64,000 bases of DNA from Rhodosorus marinus CCMP1338 (lineage: Eukaryota > Plantae > Rhodophyta): assembly GCA_029953675.1 (NCBI GenBank), contig JAMWBK010000006.1, forward strand, positions 1,736,001 to 1,800,000, written 5' to 3'. The position numbers were made by a program, and so were the translations under genes. The notes below the pieces were generated by a model, which ran no database searches, was not told the origin of the DNA, and saw only the letters and a program-made list of their open reading frames with translations. Positions within the stretch are counted from its first letter, which is position 1, and every line of letters begins with the position of its first letter. Shown here one piece after another: positions 23,101-35,777 of the stretch.

Positions 23101-25120
23101 ACCTGAACCAAAAAAACAACACCGCAACTCCTCTCTCTCCTCAGAAAACTTGCTTCTCAATCCTAGAAAGTCTTGTGCACCCAAAGCGATCCTCTTCAAG
23201 GTCCCCCTCCCACAACGATCAACGTAGCGGAAGCAAAAACAGGGTCTCTTCTCAAAGCCAGCGATATCGGTTAAAAGGTAAACTTCCAAAATTCATTCAC
23301 CACATGTGCTTCCAAGGCACACAAAGGCTTGGTAGGCAGATACTCTTCTACCAAAACAGGCACACAAGAGCGTGTGTATTCAAAGAAGCAGTTGACGGAA
23401 AGTAGTCATCTAGTGGTGTGACGACCAGTCATCTCACCAATCTATCCCGATCGTCTTCAACTAACAGAACGTCCTCTCCCAACTCTGGTCTTCATCCGCC
23501 ACAGAAAAGGAATCCATAAAAATAGAAAAAACCCATCTGGCTGGTTATTCTCACAAAATTAAAACTCAAAATTGGACACGTGGATGATTCAATGTGGATT
23601 GACACATATATCAAAAACTAAAGCTGACATTATTGGCCATCATCAATTATATCTTGCCTTTATTTCAGAAATACTTCGTTTCATTGGCCACAAGTTCTTG
23701 AATAATGTACAAGATACTGATGTTGATCATCATTAACCAATGATTTAACCTACGGGCTAACGTTGTCGAATATAATTCGTTAAAAGTCAACTGTGGTATA
23801 GACAAAAGAGGAATTATTTGCTAAAAACCAAGATCAGAAAGATTAAAAACTAGTTGTTTTATGAGCTTAAGAACTCGCACCTTCGATTTCCTACCCTTTT
23901 GTTTTGCTTAGTATCGCCGAACTCTTCTATTTCGTTCCATTTTGCTCTGAATCGTCTAAAACAAAGCTTTCAGCTTTTTTTTAAAGAAATTAGTCAGGCC
24001 TTCACATCCTACAGTTCTCAACCACAGGTCAATATTCCCCAACCGCGCCAAGGGTAAAAAAGAAATCCCCTATTGCGCACCATACAAAAATCACCGAAGT
24101 GTTCGTTAAATTTCTTATAATTGATAGTTCCCGACGACAGCAGATGCTTATCAACCGGTGGGAACACACATGAAAAACCCTTCATCATTCCACGAATATT
24201 TTCTCTCCCACCGAAGCAAGCCAGTTTTGCTACCCCTTCCACTTCAATCCCTTATACTCCCCCTTTTAAAGTAATAATTGATAAATAACGATTCCCGAAT
24301 TCGAACCTAGGGGGGTTCTCCCACAATTCCAGGGTTTTCACCATCCTCTGATTTTTAGTAATGTTTATCACGATATGCGTCCTAATTAACGCAATTTTTT
24401 GAACTATACGGGATATAGAAGTCCAACGGATTTTGTGGATGATGTGGGACGCACAAGGGTTTGTTGAGGCCGTCATTTGTTTTTTTTAATATTTTGCCGA
24501 AATCCTTCATTTTCGATGGTCTCGATCGATACTCGCTTTTTTTTACTTTTGTTTTTAAAGTTGAAGTTCTTTTTTTTTTGATTTTGCTTCGGCCATTTGG
24601 GACGTGGCAATTTCTTCCTTAGGGGGGTTAGGGAGAGAGGAGGAGGAAGTGGAAGCGGGGCTGGTGAAGGGGGTTTATTAAGAATGCCGGATTGACTTGA
24701 TTATTATTATTTTTATCTACTATTTTGGATTTTTGCGGTTGGGGAAGCGGGCGGAGATGGAGCGGAGGGCTTGGAATGGAGAGGTGAAAGACTCCAAAAT
24801 TGACCTTTTTTGTTGTGTGGGTGGGGTAGAGATCTGTGGATGGTGAATGAACGACAAAGGAACCAGAGATTTGTTTTGGCTGGATTTTTGGAGGGGTGAG
24901 GATTAAAAACTGGTCTGGTTGTGTGTTGAATTCTCTGATGAGGCGGCTAGATTTCTGCTGTCTTTTTTTTTTTTGGGGGGGGAAGGTTGCTAGTGGGTTC
25001 TGGGGTTGGGTAAGGTTCACTGTATTTCTAAGTGGTAACGGATGAGCGTGCGGATCGGGGAGGGGAGAGGGGAAGGTGGTGAGCTGGTGGTTTTTTTTCC
25101 CTTCGTGATTTGGTGTAGGT

Positions 25121-27491
25121 ATGGTGAAGAGGAGAAAGGGCAGTATCGTTGAGGAGGAAGCGACTGCAGATAAAAAGTCGAAAATGTGTTTGGGGAACTC
25201 GGAGTATAGTGTCGTTCGCGGCCCAGCAAGCGAGGGGGAGATCAAGTTCTACTTCCAGAAGGATGGCGCTGGCATCATCAACCCGCTCAACGACATTCCT
25301 TTGTTCGCTGACAAGGAGAAGGGAATTCTCAACATGGTTGTTGAGATCCCCAAGGAGACAAACGCAAAGCTTGAGCTCAAGACTGGAGATCCGCTTTCGC
25401 CTATAATCCAGGATGAAAAGAAGGGCAAGAAGCGCTATGTGCACAACGTGTTTCCGTACAAGGGCTACATCTGGAACTATGGATGCTTCCCGCAGACGTG
25501 GGAGAATCCCACCGAGGTTCACATGGAGACAGGAGCGCTGGGAGATGGCGATCCTCTGGATGTTTGCGAAATCGGGTCCGCGATTGCCTCCGTCGGCGAG
25601 GTGAAACAGGTAAAAGTCCTCGGTGTCCTCGGAATGATCGATGAAGGAGAAATGGATTGGAAAGTAATCGTTGTCGACGTTAACGACCCGCTTGCTCCGC
25701 TTCTGAATGATGTCGAAGATCTCAAGACGTATGTGTAGATTAGAACCCCATACGCCTTCCACCCTTTCGGGGCATGGAAGCTGAAATATCACGTTGCTTA
25801 TCTCGCAGGATGATGCCAGGTCTGCTTCATGCAACGTTCTCCTGGTTCCGAACCTACAAGATTCCGGATGGAAAGCCCATAAACGTTTTCGCTTTCAGGG
25901 AAAATGTGCAGTCGGCTGAATATGCCATGGACATTGTGAAGGAATGCCATACTTCCTGGCAAATGGTCCTTGACGGAAAGCTCAAGCATAAGAAAGTAAA
26001 CCCTGCGAACACCAGCCTGAAGAACTCTTTTACGATCACGTCCGAGCAAGCAGAGGTAGGTTTGCCCATGGCGATGGACGTCCGCGGAATGGGGCCCTAG
26101 TCTAACATGTTCGATCTCCGTGCTGCAGGAGATTCTAACTCAATCTGGCAACGATATGAATGGTTCTGCGCCTAGCCTCGGTGAACGCCAAAGTTCGCTT
26201 CTCGATTTGCGGACCGTTCCCCTGCCCGACTTCCAGGCTGATAACAAGGCACTTGCTGGAAAGCCGATGATGACCTTGAAGCGGTTCTGCATGGAAATGC
26301 AGAGAAGGTAGGAGTGACTCACTGTATCTGGTAGAATGGTCGTTTGTGAACTTGCTAACTTATAGTGGGACCTGAAATCCGCTTGCCCATTTAGGTTCCC
26401 GCATGGAAGTAACGACCTTTCGCTGTTGTTGACCGAACTAGGCGTTGCATTCAAGTGCATACGCTCATTCCTCCGAGACGCTCCGAATGCGGAGTTCTCT
26501 ACTCTCCTGGAATTCGCGAACACCCAGATGCATGCATCGCTCGCCGCGTCCGGTCTTTGTTGCATGATCTTCTCCTCTCAGTACAAGACGACAATGCCGA
26601 TTGAAGAGGGAAGCGACCAGGGCAACTACATCGTCGTGTTCAACCCACTCACAGGGGCGACGGGAGGAACGCTTGGAACGATCTTCTCGGTTTATTCCCG
26701 AAAGTCCACCGCCGGAAGCTCCGGAGACTCTTTTGATCTTCTATCAAGAACGGGATATGAGCAGGTGGCGGCCGGCTATTGTATTTATGCTTCGTACACC
26801 GCGTTTGTGCTATCGATGGGATACGGCACTCACATTTTCCTACTCGACAGCATATCTGGGCATTTCGTCATCTCTCAACAGCACGTGAAGATTCCCAAAA
26901 CTGGTCCTGTGTACAGCATCAACACTGCACAGCTGAGCAATGTAAGTTGATGATTTTGTGCGTACGGAAGCTTATTCCCTGCACGCCAGAGTAGAAGCTT
27001 ACGGGGTTCTGGCTCCTACGCTTGCTGATATGACTTTTTCAGGCAAACGAGCCCATTCGTAAATTCGTTGCGGAATGCGATGAGGAATCTAGCGGCAAAT
27101 TCTATCGATACGAGGACAATGTGGTCGCGAACTTCCATCGAGTGCTTACAAGTGGAGGAGTTATGATGAAGGCTGGTCCATCAGGCGAAGACCTTGCAAC
27201 CTTCCTGGGCATGGCCGCGCCGCTGGCCTACATTGCCCGTCAGGCCGGTGGCCGAGCAAGCGTCGGGAAGAGACCTGTCCTTGAGCTCAACTCATGGTAT
27301 GCAACCTCCTTCCTGGAAAAGCTACGCGTGCACATATCTGAACCCCTGCCTCGGTTTTTTTCAGGAACCTTGACATGGCCGTGCCGCTCTACATTGGGTC
27401 TGCGGATGACGTATCTAGAATCGAGGAACTCTTCGGGGAAACCAAGCTTGAAATCCTTGTTGATCCAGACAACCACCTCAGAGTGGAGTAA
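25121..27491 (+). CDS. Fusion of family I soluble inorganic pyrophosphatase (N-terminal) and a degenerate FBPase-fold domain (C-terminal); about 6 exons
   Basis: PPase: [48 protein letters not shown]. In-frame GT-AG junctions (after ...SEQAE and after ...MQRR, acceptor 26393-26394) lead into [81 protein letters not shown]; stop TAA 27489-27491. Confidence 0.85.
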
Positions 27492-27837
27492 GGAGTAGCC
27501 CTGCTGTGAGGCCGAACAATTTCTGTTTTAGTCATCTCCACCTAATCAAAGCCGCGGACAAAAGGCTTCATCATGATAACTTCTTCGTGTGGATTACATA
27601 GCACCGCACGGGGCTCAATGAGGAAGTGACAAGCATCTGGAGTGGTGCACGAGCAACAGGAAGTACTCAAGACTCCATTTGCTCACGATTGTGGTGTGCT
27701 GGAGAACAAGCAAAACTCGTTATTGACTCTTGAGTTGTTTTGAGCATTCGTCGTGCTCCGCATATACGGTTTTTCTAAAAGAGTAAACTTTTGTACAACA
27801 TAATTTGAAGATCGCTCCTAAGTGCCCTTTTGTTTTC

Positions 27838-28797
27838 CTAAACTTCAAAGGGGTTTGTTAGCTCGCCAAGGGAGGAAGGCTGATGCTGTTGATGCCAAAT
27901 GGTGTCGTAGTAGACTTTCTCAAGGCAAAGGCCACAGGCATCAGCAGCTTTTGGAACCTTGCGCCTATCCTTAAGTGCAAAAAGCTCATCAATGTCATCT
28001 AGGCTGTATCGCTTCGACGCCACTGCGAATGACATGCCCATAACATTGCGTAGCATCCGATGAAGCGCGCCGTCGAGGTCAAACTGTACACGAAATGCTC
28101 CTTGACCTTCATCGACAAGTTCGATTGAGCGAATACACTTGACGGGCTGAACCGCCGCCACCCCCTTATTCGCACGATTAGCAAAGGACGTGAAGTCATG
28201 CGTTCCAACAAACTTGTCAAGTGCCTCTGCAAGAAGGTTCAAGTCACATTTTTGCCATTGCAGGGCTCTCCGCTGCCGTTCCAACGGGTTTACAAAACGT
28301 CCAAGCTGAAAACTGTAAGAATAAACTTTGCCCCGCGAATCGAAAATCGCGTGGAAGGGGAGCGTAGACTCTTTGCCTGTTGGAGGTCGAGCCACTTCCA
28401 TATCAGTGACCCTGACATCCGCCGCAAGCATTCGATTTAGCGCGAACTGCACTCTGACAATTTGTTCTTCATCCTGAAACTCGTCGACGTCAAAATGCGC
28501 AACCTGGCCGAGAGCGTGCACCCCAGAGTCAGTTCTCGACGCCCCTACAACTTGAGTTGGCTTCTGAAACCTCGTCGAAACCGCCTCCTGCAGAACTCCT
28601 TGGACCGATCTCGCCCCTTTCCTCGTCTGCGCTTGCCACCCTTGAAAGTTCGTTCCATCGTACAGAACCTTCATCCGCAACCGACACTTGGCAGTTCCAT
28701 TTCCAGAAGTTCCGTTCCCAATTCCGCTCGCGCTACACACCCATCCCAGAACCTTGCTTCTAACAAAAGGTCCTGAACTCCTCTCAAATCGATCCAT
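27838..28797 (-). CDS. truA: tRNA pseudouridine(38-40) synthase, TruA family, intronless
   Basis: YDGTNFQGWQ, SVQGVLQ, catalytic GASRTDSGVHALGQVAHFD, FVGTHDFTSF, LHRMLRNVMG, ADACGLCLEKVYY. Confidence 0.93.
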   Translation of the reverse strand: MDRFERSSGPFVRSKVLGWVCSASGIGNGTSGNGTAKCRLRMKVLYDGTNFQGWQAQTRKGARSVQGVLQEAVSTRFQKPTQVVGASRTDSGVHALGQVAHFDVDEFQDEEQIVRVQFALNRMLAADVRVTDMEVARPPTGKESTLPFHAIFDSRGKVYSYSFQLGRFVNPLERQRRALQWQKCDLNLLAEALDKFVGTHDFTSFANRANKGVAAVQPVKCIRSIELVDEGQGAFRVQFDLDGALHRMLRNVMGMSFAVASKRYSLDDIDELFALKDRRKVPKAADACGLCLEKVYYDTIWHQQHQPSSLGELTNPFEV

Positions 28798-28869
28798 CGC
28801 CCCACCGCCCTACCTTCGGCCTCCGTCGGGAAGCCGCGCTCTCACAAACATCTTCGCTCTTAACTGGAA

Positions 28870-29900
28870 ATGTTAGCTCCATCCACTTCCCGCTCTCATC
28901 GCCGCAGTGGCGGTAAGTACGCTTTGTCGATGCCTTTGGACGCTTCAACAGATGAGAACCGGCAAAACCGTAGCAAACCTAGCGAGGCTGTTGACGGTCT
29001 GGATGACTTACTGTTCCGCCAAGACCCGTAGACCAGTACTAGTCCGGTGAGGAAGCATTCGTCATGGATGGCGATGAAGACGACATCGATCTTGAGTCGC
29101 GGCGTCGCCTGGTCCCCTCGGAGAAGTGGGATCCGTCCTGACTACAGCGGGATGGTGGGAGGAAACCGTCGCTGTATTTGCTCCAACACGGGAAGATGGC
29201 GCTGAAGGAGACCGGGCAGCAGAGTACGACGTTCTCATCAAGAGTAGAGACTTATGTTCGAGCTCGTCATCGAACTCACGTCGCTGGTGCTTCCTTCGGG
29301 CTCGTTGGTCGACTCCCTACGTCGACAAAACAGCTGCGGGCAAAACTAGCTGCAGAGCACAAAGCGCGGTCGCCATCGGGAAGCATCTTCACAGGCGCGC
29401 ATACGGCACACCTTTGCCCTGAACAAAATCGAGGATCCAACGTACTTCCGATCAAATCACGCGGAGCTACAGTAGTGCCATCGAAGCCATTAGCAAGCTT
29501 CACGATGCCAACGAAAACCCTAGCCAATATAGCGAAGCTGATGACAGTCTACTCAACCCCTAGGTGTGGATGACTGGCGCTTCCGCCCAGACCTGCCGCA
29601 AACTCAGTCATTCACAGCTCTCCCGAAGCTCTGTCGGAGAAAGATACGATGCTCAAAGCCCCAAGCTGAGCGTTCGTTACGCGTTGCTCGAAAGCTCAAG
29701 TTGGAGCAGTTCTGAGACCAACACAGCATCTCCGCGGGTCGTCTAGATTCTGGGTACTGGTCCAGCTGTGGATGACTGACTCTCCCGTCAAGACTTCACT
29801 GGAAAGGGTCAGTCATCCAGAGCTCTTTTCGAGGCCGCCGCAGAGACGAATAGGACAAAGAAGATCTCGTTCGGCCCTATTGATTGCTGGGTACTTGAAA
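28870..29900 (+). CDS. Hypothetical multi-exon gene; extent uncertain
   Basis: ATG 28870, strong gtaagt donor near 28914, cag acceptor near 28950, acidic segment (MDGDEDDIDLESRR); no family recognised. Confidence 0.3.
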
Positions 29901-29954
29901 AGGTCCATAGCCGTGCTCAAAACCTTCATCTCTGTGTGCGTCCGGAAGATTTTC

Positions 29955-30060
29955 ATTTCACTTCAGCAAGCTCGCCATGACAGAGCTTCGACAGTTCATT
30001 TCAATTAAGCAAGCTCGCTATGACAGAGCTCAGACAGTTCATTTCACCTCAGCAAGCTCG
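29955..30060. repeat. 43-bp tandem repeat, about 2.5 copies
   Basis: ATTTCA(C/A)(T/C)T(C/A)AGCAAGCTCG... units start at 29955, 29998 and 30041. Confidence 0.9.
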
Positions 30061-30669
30061 TTAGGCCAGCAAGGAAGTTTCAACTTGAGTGGAACGAAGC
30101 GTCGGTGACCAGTGCCTCATCGACTCGTGTTGAGGAGGATCGTCAGAATGGCCGAAAACGCGATCCAAGTTGATCCTAATATGCAATGGAACTTTGCTGA
30201 GTAGAGAGAGACTGCGTCCGATGGGATTGGAATTGAGATGCGAACGATGATAAGCTGCATCTAGCGAAGACTGAACAGGACGTTTTTCGAGTTGATCAGC
30301 ACGGATGTGAAGGGGCGTCTTGAGGTCTGCCGGAGTCGAGCTTCGTACTGACAACGAGGAGGTTACTTTTTAAGCTTTGGAGCTCTGGAAGAAGCGGAAT
30401 CCAGAGGGACTATGAGAAGAACTTGTAGCGATGTTGAGCGTAGGCTAGAACGGAGCAACTCTGGCGAGCTTGAAGGCTGCTCGAATTTTGACCTCAACGG
30501 AACATATGTTGCGACGGCATTAGCCATTTGTATGAGCGACTGGATGATGGGGGCTTAGTGTGTTGTTTTCGATTTAGTGGGTCTGATAGCAGGGTTCCAG
30601 TGAGCTTCTCGGAGCGATTATCAGGTATCAGGTAGACGCGGGTGTCTTGGGGACTTTGGACTAGCTGCC

Positions 30670-33600
30670 ATGTTCAGAAAAACTTTCAAGGTTCAGAAGA
30701 GCAATCCGATGCGGTCTACAGACCGAAAGAAGCTCCGCGGACTCGTCCTGAAGTTGTATCCTGCCGCGGAGCCTGAAATCGACAGAATGATTCCCATAGG
30801 TGATGTGGAAGTCCTGGTATTAAAGCTGAGTAACAAGGTAATGCGCAACTCTCACTGCCAGCCCAAAGAGCAAAAACCAGCAATGTTCTCTTTGTAATTT
30901 GCAATGACTCATTCCTCCTTCGCGCTTTTCCGCTTGATGATGACCAGTGCACGGTATGGTCCCTAAACGTTGAACAAGGGCAACCAGCTCAAGGAGGGCT
31001 CGATAAGTTCGGTCAACCCATGTTCTTTGCCGCTCAATACGAGGAAGATAAGCTCGTCTATCCAACAGTTTATTCCTTGTGGATTGAACCGAACATGATG
31101 CCTGTGATGTTCACCCACGTAGAGGTGCGCAAAAATTTGAAAACAGCGATCCCTGGTGCTTGGTCAGCTCAATCATCTAGGCCAGGCAAGCTTGGAAGGT
31201 TTGCCGCTCCTGAAACCAGCTCCTGATACGGGTTACCAATCCCAAACTTTATCCTACGCTTCGAGAAGGTGAGCAGGTACATTTTTGGTGGAGCAGACTT
31301 GATGATGGCAGGCGTCCTGAAGCGAAGGAATGGTACATTTGGTGGAATGAGCAAAGGCCAGCCCCGTTGTATTGTATCGGTTGAGAACCCCCTTCCTTAT
31401 GCAGTTGGGCCCTTGCTTCTGGGAGAGCAGGAAGCTGCTGCGAGAAAAGGAAAAGCGTGAGTACCGCACCGTCGCTTCCGTTGATTCTCCCTTCTGGTTA
31501 TTTGATGTGCTCACGTACATTTTTTTGAACGTCGTAACTACCCCGTGTTCAGCCTCAAAGTTTTGCATCATTACGGTGACTCGCTTTGGAGTTTTGGTGG
31601 AGGATCCAAACCGAATGAGGGCTTTGAGCTTTCATCCATTCGACCTTTCGAGATCGCAGTGAGCGCTGAGGACACCAAAGATGCAGGACGTGATCTGAAG
31701 GAAGCGGAAACCAAGGGGCAGCCAGTATTCTCAACCGACCAGGATCGCTCAGAGGGTGTTGGAGAGCTCGTCAATCAGGCTGAAGGTCTGAGCGTAGAAG
31801 ATCAGGCTGCGGGTACGACCGACTGCCCCCCCAGCAAAGTGCTCAGGGTTTAGAAATGCTCACGTTCATTGCGACCATAGATGGTGAAAATAGGTTTCCT
31901 GAGTATCGCCTAGACCCCGCGCAGGTGGATGAGGATCCGGATCGAGCTCTGCAATATGCGTTCGTTATAACGGTGGGGAAGTTGTACAGGGATGGGAAGT
32001 ACCCAGTTGCAGCGTCGTGGCTGTATGAAGAGTACATCAAGCACATAGCGCCGGATCTGGATTTAGCGAGGACCGGTTCTAAAAACTTTTCCCTCTTTCT
32101 GAGGGCAATGTCTAAGCGGCATTATTGCAAGGTAACCACCCTAAACCTACGCATTGTCACTTTCGGGTGCAACCCAAGGCTCACATTTCTCTGTGTCGGG
32201 CTTCCGTTCACAGACAAAGGAGGTTGAAGGTGAACTTCAGCTGGCGCTCGTGAGTCTGAAGAATGTAGATGCTCTTGGGAAACAACTAGCGGCGGTGGGA
32301 TCTGACAACGAGAGCACCTGTGAGGGAGCCCAAACGGACGGGATATCTGCCGAGGATATGGACGATCTGCTGGTACAAGTCTTCATGCAGGCTGTACGAG
32401 TCGGTCTTGATCCTGAAGAGGATGCCGAGAGGTTTCCAATGGAGTCGAGTGCCTTCTACTCAAAGGTGCTTGTCTCGTGCCAGCCTCACGATCTCCCGAT
32501 CGATGTGAAGAAGTCTTCGTTCAAGAAGCTGTCCGCCTTCCTCAAGTACCTTGCCAAAGAAAAGTATTGCAAACTAAAGGAGGCGAGAGGTAATTCGTAG
32601 CCCCAAACTCCCACTAGTTTGTCGCTATATGTCGTGCGGGATTCGCGGTTGACATCTTCTTCGCCGGTGACGGTCTGTCGACTGGACTACAGGACAGACC
32701 CTGATCTTGGGAGTGAACAGAGAGCACTCGGACATCAAGAATTACAAACCATACGAAATGGGTTCGCAAAGAAAGCGGACTGGATCCACCCCAGCGTCTG
32801 AGGCTTCTCCTCCTAAGCTAGAAACTATGCTCAAGCCTCATCAGCAACAGGCCAAGTTATTTAAGGACATGAGCTACAATCCACAGGGAGAATACTCGAA
32901 GAAGACAGCCTCGGAAGTTCTTGAAAGGTACGATCGTCAAGCTTGTTGGGGACTGCGGCGGCACCCTGCGCTTGGATTATCTAAATCCTGATCGGAGCCA
33001 TGATCTTGGGTTTGGACTGGCAAACAGATACGTTCAAGAGCGGAAGTTGGTCCTAGAGGACAATAGGGACCCTAGACTTCGAGTCATCGTTGTGGATGAC
33101 GTGCTCATGAGATCGTTATCTAAGCCTTCCGGTGATGAACCGGAACAAGTTGCTAGTGGTGGGCGCACAAGCTTCAGAACAATTCAGGAGCGGTTCCTGA
33201 GTCGTCTTGAGATTTACTATGCAGTTGAGGCCCCAGGCGGTGGAAGGAAAGTGAGGAAAGGTGAAGTGCCAAAGGTCAAGGTAAGTTTGCTTCAGAGGGC
33301 ATATCCAGGTTTCTTGTTCGACGCGATTATATTTTCCTCGTGTTCTGAAAAGAAGCTTGTTGACACGTATTGACGGGCTAGGTTACTTGCGAAGATCGGC
33401 AAGGAGGTCGAAAGCATGTGACGAAATGTCATGGGATTGAGCTTTATGGAGTGGATCCAAAAGTGCTGGCGACTAAATGTCAGGTAGCCTTTGCATGTAC
33501 AGCTAGTACCCACGCGATGCCTGGAAAGAACAACACAGCAGTGGAGGTATGAAGCGCACTCGAACTGTCCACATGTTCGGAATTTTCACCTCGGCTAGAA

Positions 33601-33736
33601 TCTCACACCCGAGCGCTTGTATTTCTTTTTTTTAACGTCGACTCAGGTACGTATCCAGGGTGACGTCTCCGGGAAATTAGAAGAGCTGCTAGTTAAGGAG
33701 TTTCATATTCCAAGGCATCGTATTGACTCTCGTTGA
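30670..33736 (+). CDS. EIF2D: Translation initiation/recycling factor eIF2D (ligatin), multi-exon
   Basis: MFRKTFKV...STDRKKLR, YPTVYSLW, GGADLMMAGV (PUA), HHYGDSLW, DVKKSSFKKLSAFL, C-terminal SUI1 segment GVDPKVLATKCQVAFACTAS...VRIQGDV...ending TGA 33734-33736. Confidence 0.9.
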
Positions 33737-34191
33737 GACGGGTTGATAGATGCCTCGGGAACTGAATTTTCCTGCTACATGTACAGAGGGAGGACTCGAG
33801 TCCTCCGATCGTTATCCAGGTGATACCCGACCAATAGTTTTGCTAGATGGGGAATGGACAAAGAAGAAACCGATTTCTGTACTGTTTCTCTCTGTCAGTA
33901 CATATAGGACACTTAACTTCCTAAAACCAAGTTCTCAGATACGTTGATTCCTTTAGGGCCATCAAGAACCGAGGTCCAAGCCGCCAAACCAAGAACCATG
34001 GAATTCCAAGTCTTTTGAGAACCTGGTTTCCAAAAGGCATTCTCGGTTGTGTTCAGAAACTCAGTTCGCAGTTAATCTCAGGGGTGTACGACGTCCCGGC
34101 ATTGGGTTGCTTCTTGCGGCTCAACCCTCGTTTCATCCATAGGAGGGCTCTCTTGGCTGTCAAAATACTTTCAGCGGCAGTTGTGGAACGC

Positions 34192-34600
34192 TCAGGCTGT
34201 CCTTCGCTTCTGTGTGCTGATATACAAGACTTAGCAGCGGCGAAATGCGATACGAACACAATAAACAAAACCACTGCGAGGTCAGCTGATCTTCTCGACG
34301 CGTGCAATGCTTCGTAAGGATAGCCATCACTGGATCCGATCGATCACCACAACGGAAACCTGAGGGGGGAGATGTAGCCATTTACTCACCATTATTACCA
34401 CGAATGAATGCATCTCCATACGTATTCTTCAACTCGGACGCGACATACTCTTCCGTCTGCTCGAGCGCAATGTTCATGTACCCATCCAAGCTCGCCAGGA
34501 TCCCACGATACTCAACTCCAGTATTCAACTTGACGATCACCGGCCTACCAAGAACCGCCTTGAGGAAATCCGAGGGAGAACTAGTGTTGCCAGACATCAT
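34192..34600 (-). CDS. LSM6: U6 snRNA-associated Sm-like protein LSm6, two exons
   Basis: PSDFLKAVLGRPVIVKLNTGVEYRGILASLDGYMNIALEQTEEY...YGDAFIRGNN | VLYISTQKRRTA*; gtgagt donor and taag acceptor. Confidence 0.93.
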
Positions 34601-35777
34601 AAAAGAGAAAAAGCAAACGCCGCAGACACGACTTGGAAAAGTATCCTATTCAACTCTTTGATTTTTCCAAAACCAAAAAAAAAAAAGAATGCGGCGTTCA
34701 ATCCAGATTAAATAGCCCGAACTTCTTCACCCTCAACGTGGTCACGAGAAGAAACAGCGTAGAAGAAGACTTGTACGATCGCTCCAAACAAGAAGACTCC
34801 CGATATTGTAAAAAAACTTCCCACAGGCTGCAAAGTCGTTGCTCGATTTTCCCAATTCGAAGGAGACCGCAAGAGTCCATGGTGATGAATACCAGCTACA
34901 CTAAGAAGGAAACGTTAACCGGATTGTTGCCGATGTGAATGCGGCTTCGACTTGTGGACGGCGTTCACCAACGAAGCAACGGGTTTGTTTTTCAAACAAG
35001 TCAGACCTACTGGAGAGCACGGTTTGGAAAGATAGCTAGTCCTGAAGCCAGCTGTTGAGTCCCGCCAGTAATCCACAAAATCGTGACTCCGACAATGCTA
35101 TTAATTGGAAGGCGATAAGGAAAGCTTGTCGAATGCCAGTAAGGGTGTGGACGGCTACGCTGCAAAGCAGGACGTTCGAACAGAGAATAACTTTTCCATG
35201 TCGTGGAAGAAGCAATCTCCGGGATCAGCTAATCATCTATGCATCGGCGCTGGGAAGGAATTTCGACTCTTCCACTGGCGCGGCCGATAACCTTTGAAGT
35301 AAGGACCTCCACTGAAAATGGGAGCAAGGACGTTCGGTAGAGCGGCTCTCATCAGTTTTTGAAACGTAGTTTTATACTCTGCTGGCGGCTATTTTTTTGA
35401 TGAGGAAATGCGATGGTCGTTTTCAATTTGGTTAGTGCTGAAGACCGTGAGTTGGGAGCTCAACTTCCCAACGGTTTTCGGGATAGTTGATGACCTTTTC
35501 AGTGGGTTGCTGCTTCTTGGGTACGGATTTTTAGCTTATGCCTTCTATGGCTGCTGACCTGAAAGAGCTACCAAATTCCTCGGGAAGCTGTGATCAACTA
35601 GCCACGTCCAGCAGCAGGGCTTCATCATTGGTCCTTCTTTGCACATGTGCAGTCCAATGGGTACCGATAGTGCTTCTGTCCTGAAGGACGCGCACACACT
35701 CCGTGAATCAGAGCCTCCTAAGGATCCGTGGAATCCCTGATCTACAATGGATGTAGTCATCAAGCCGGCGTTGACTA

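Noticed and set aside
24628-25245. 205-aa minus-strand ORF
   Set aside because: Derived from low-complexity G/T-rich promoter/UTR sequence upstream of the PPase fusion.
25028-25834. 268-aa minus-strand ORF
   Set aside because: Antisense to the pyrophosphatase exon.
19661-28797. Two pseudouridine synthases bracketing the FBPase-like pair as a functional cluster
   Set aside because: Different families (RluA and TruA), no mechanistic link; most likely chance in a compact genome.
29955-30060. Possible CRISPR-like array
   Set aside because: Units are contiguous with no unique spacers, only 2.5 copies, eukaryotic context, no cas genes.
34229-34386. Intronic C/D snoRNA in the longer LSM6 intron
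   Set aside because: Only an imperfect C box (GTGATGG) and a CTGA about 45 nt apart; no terminal stem or rRNA complementarity recognised.
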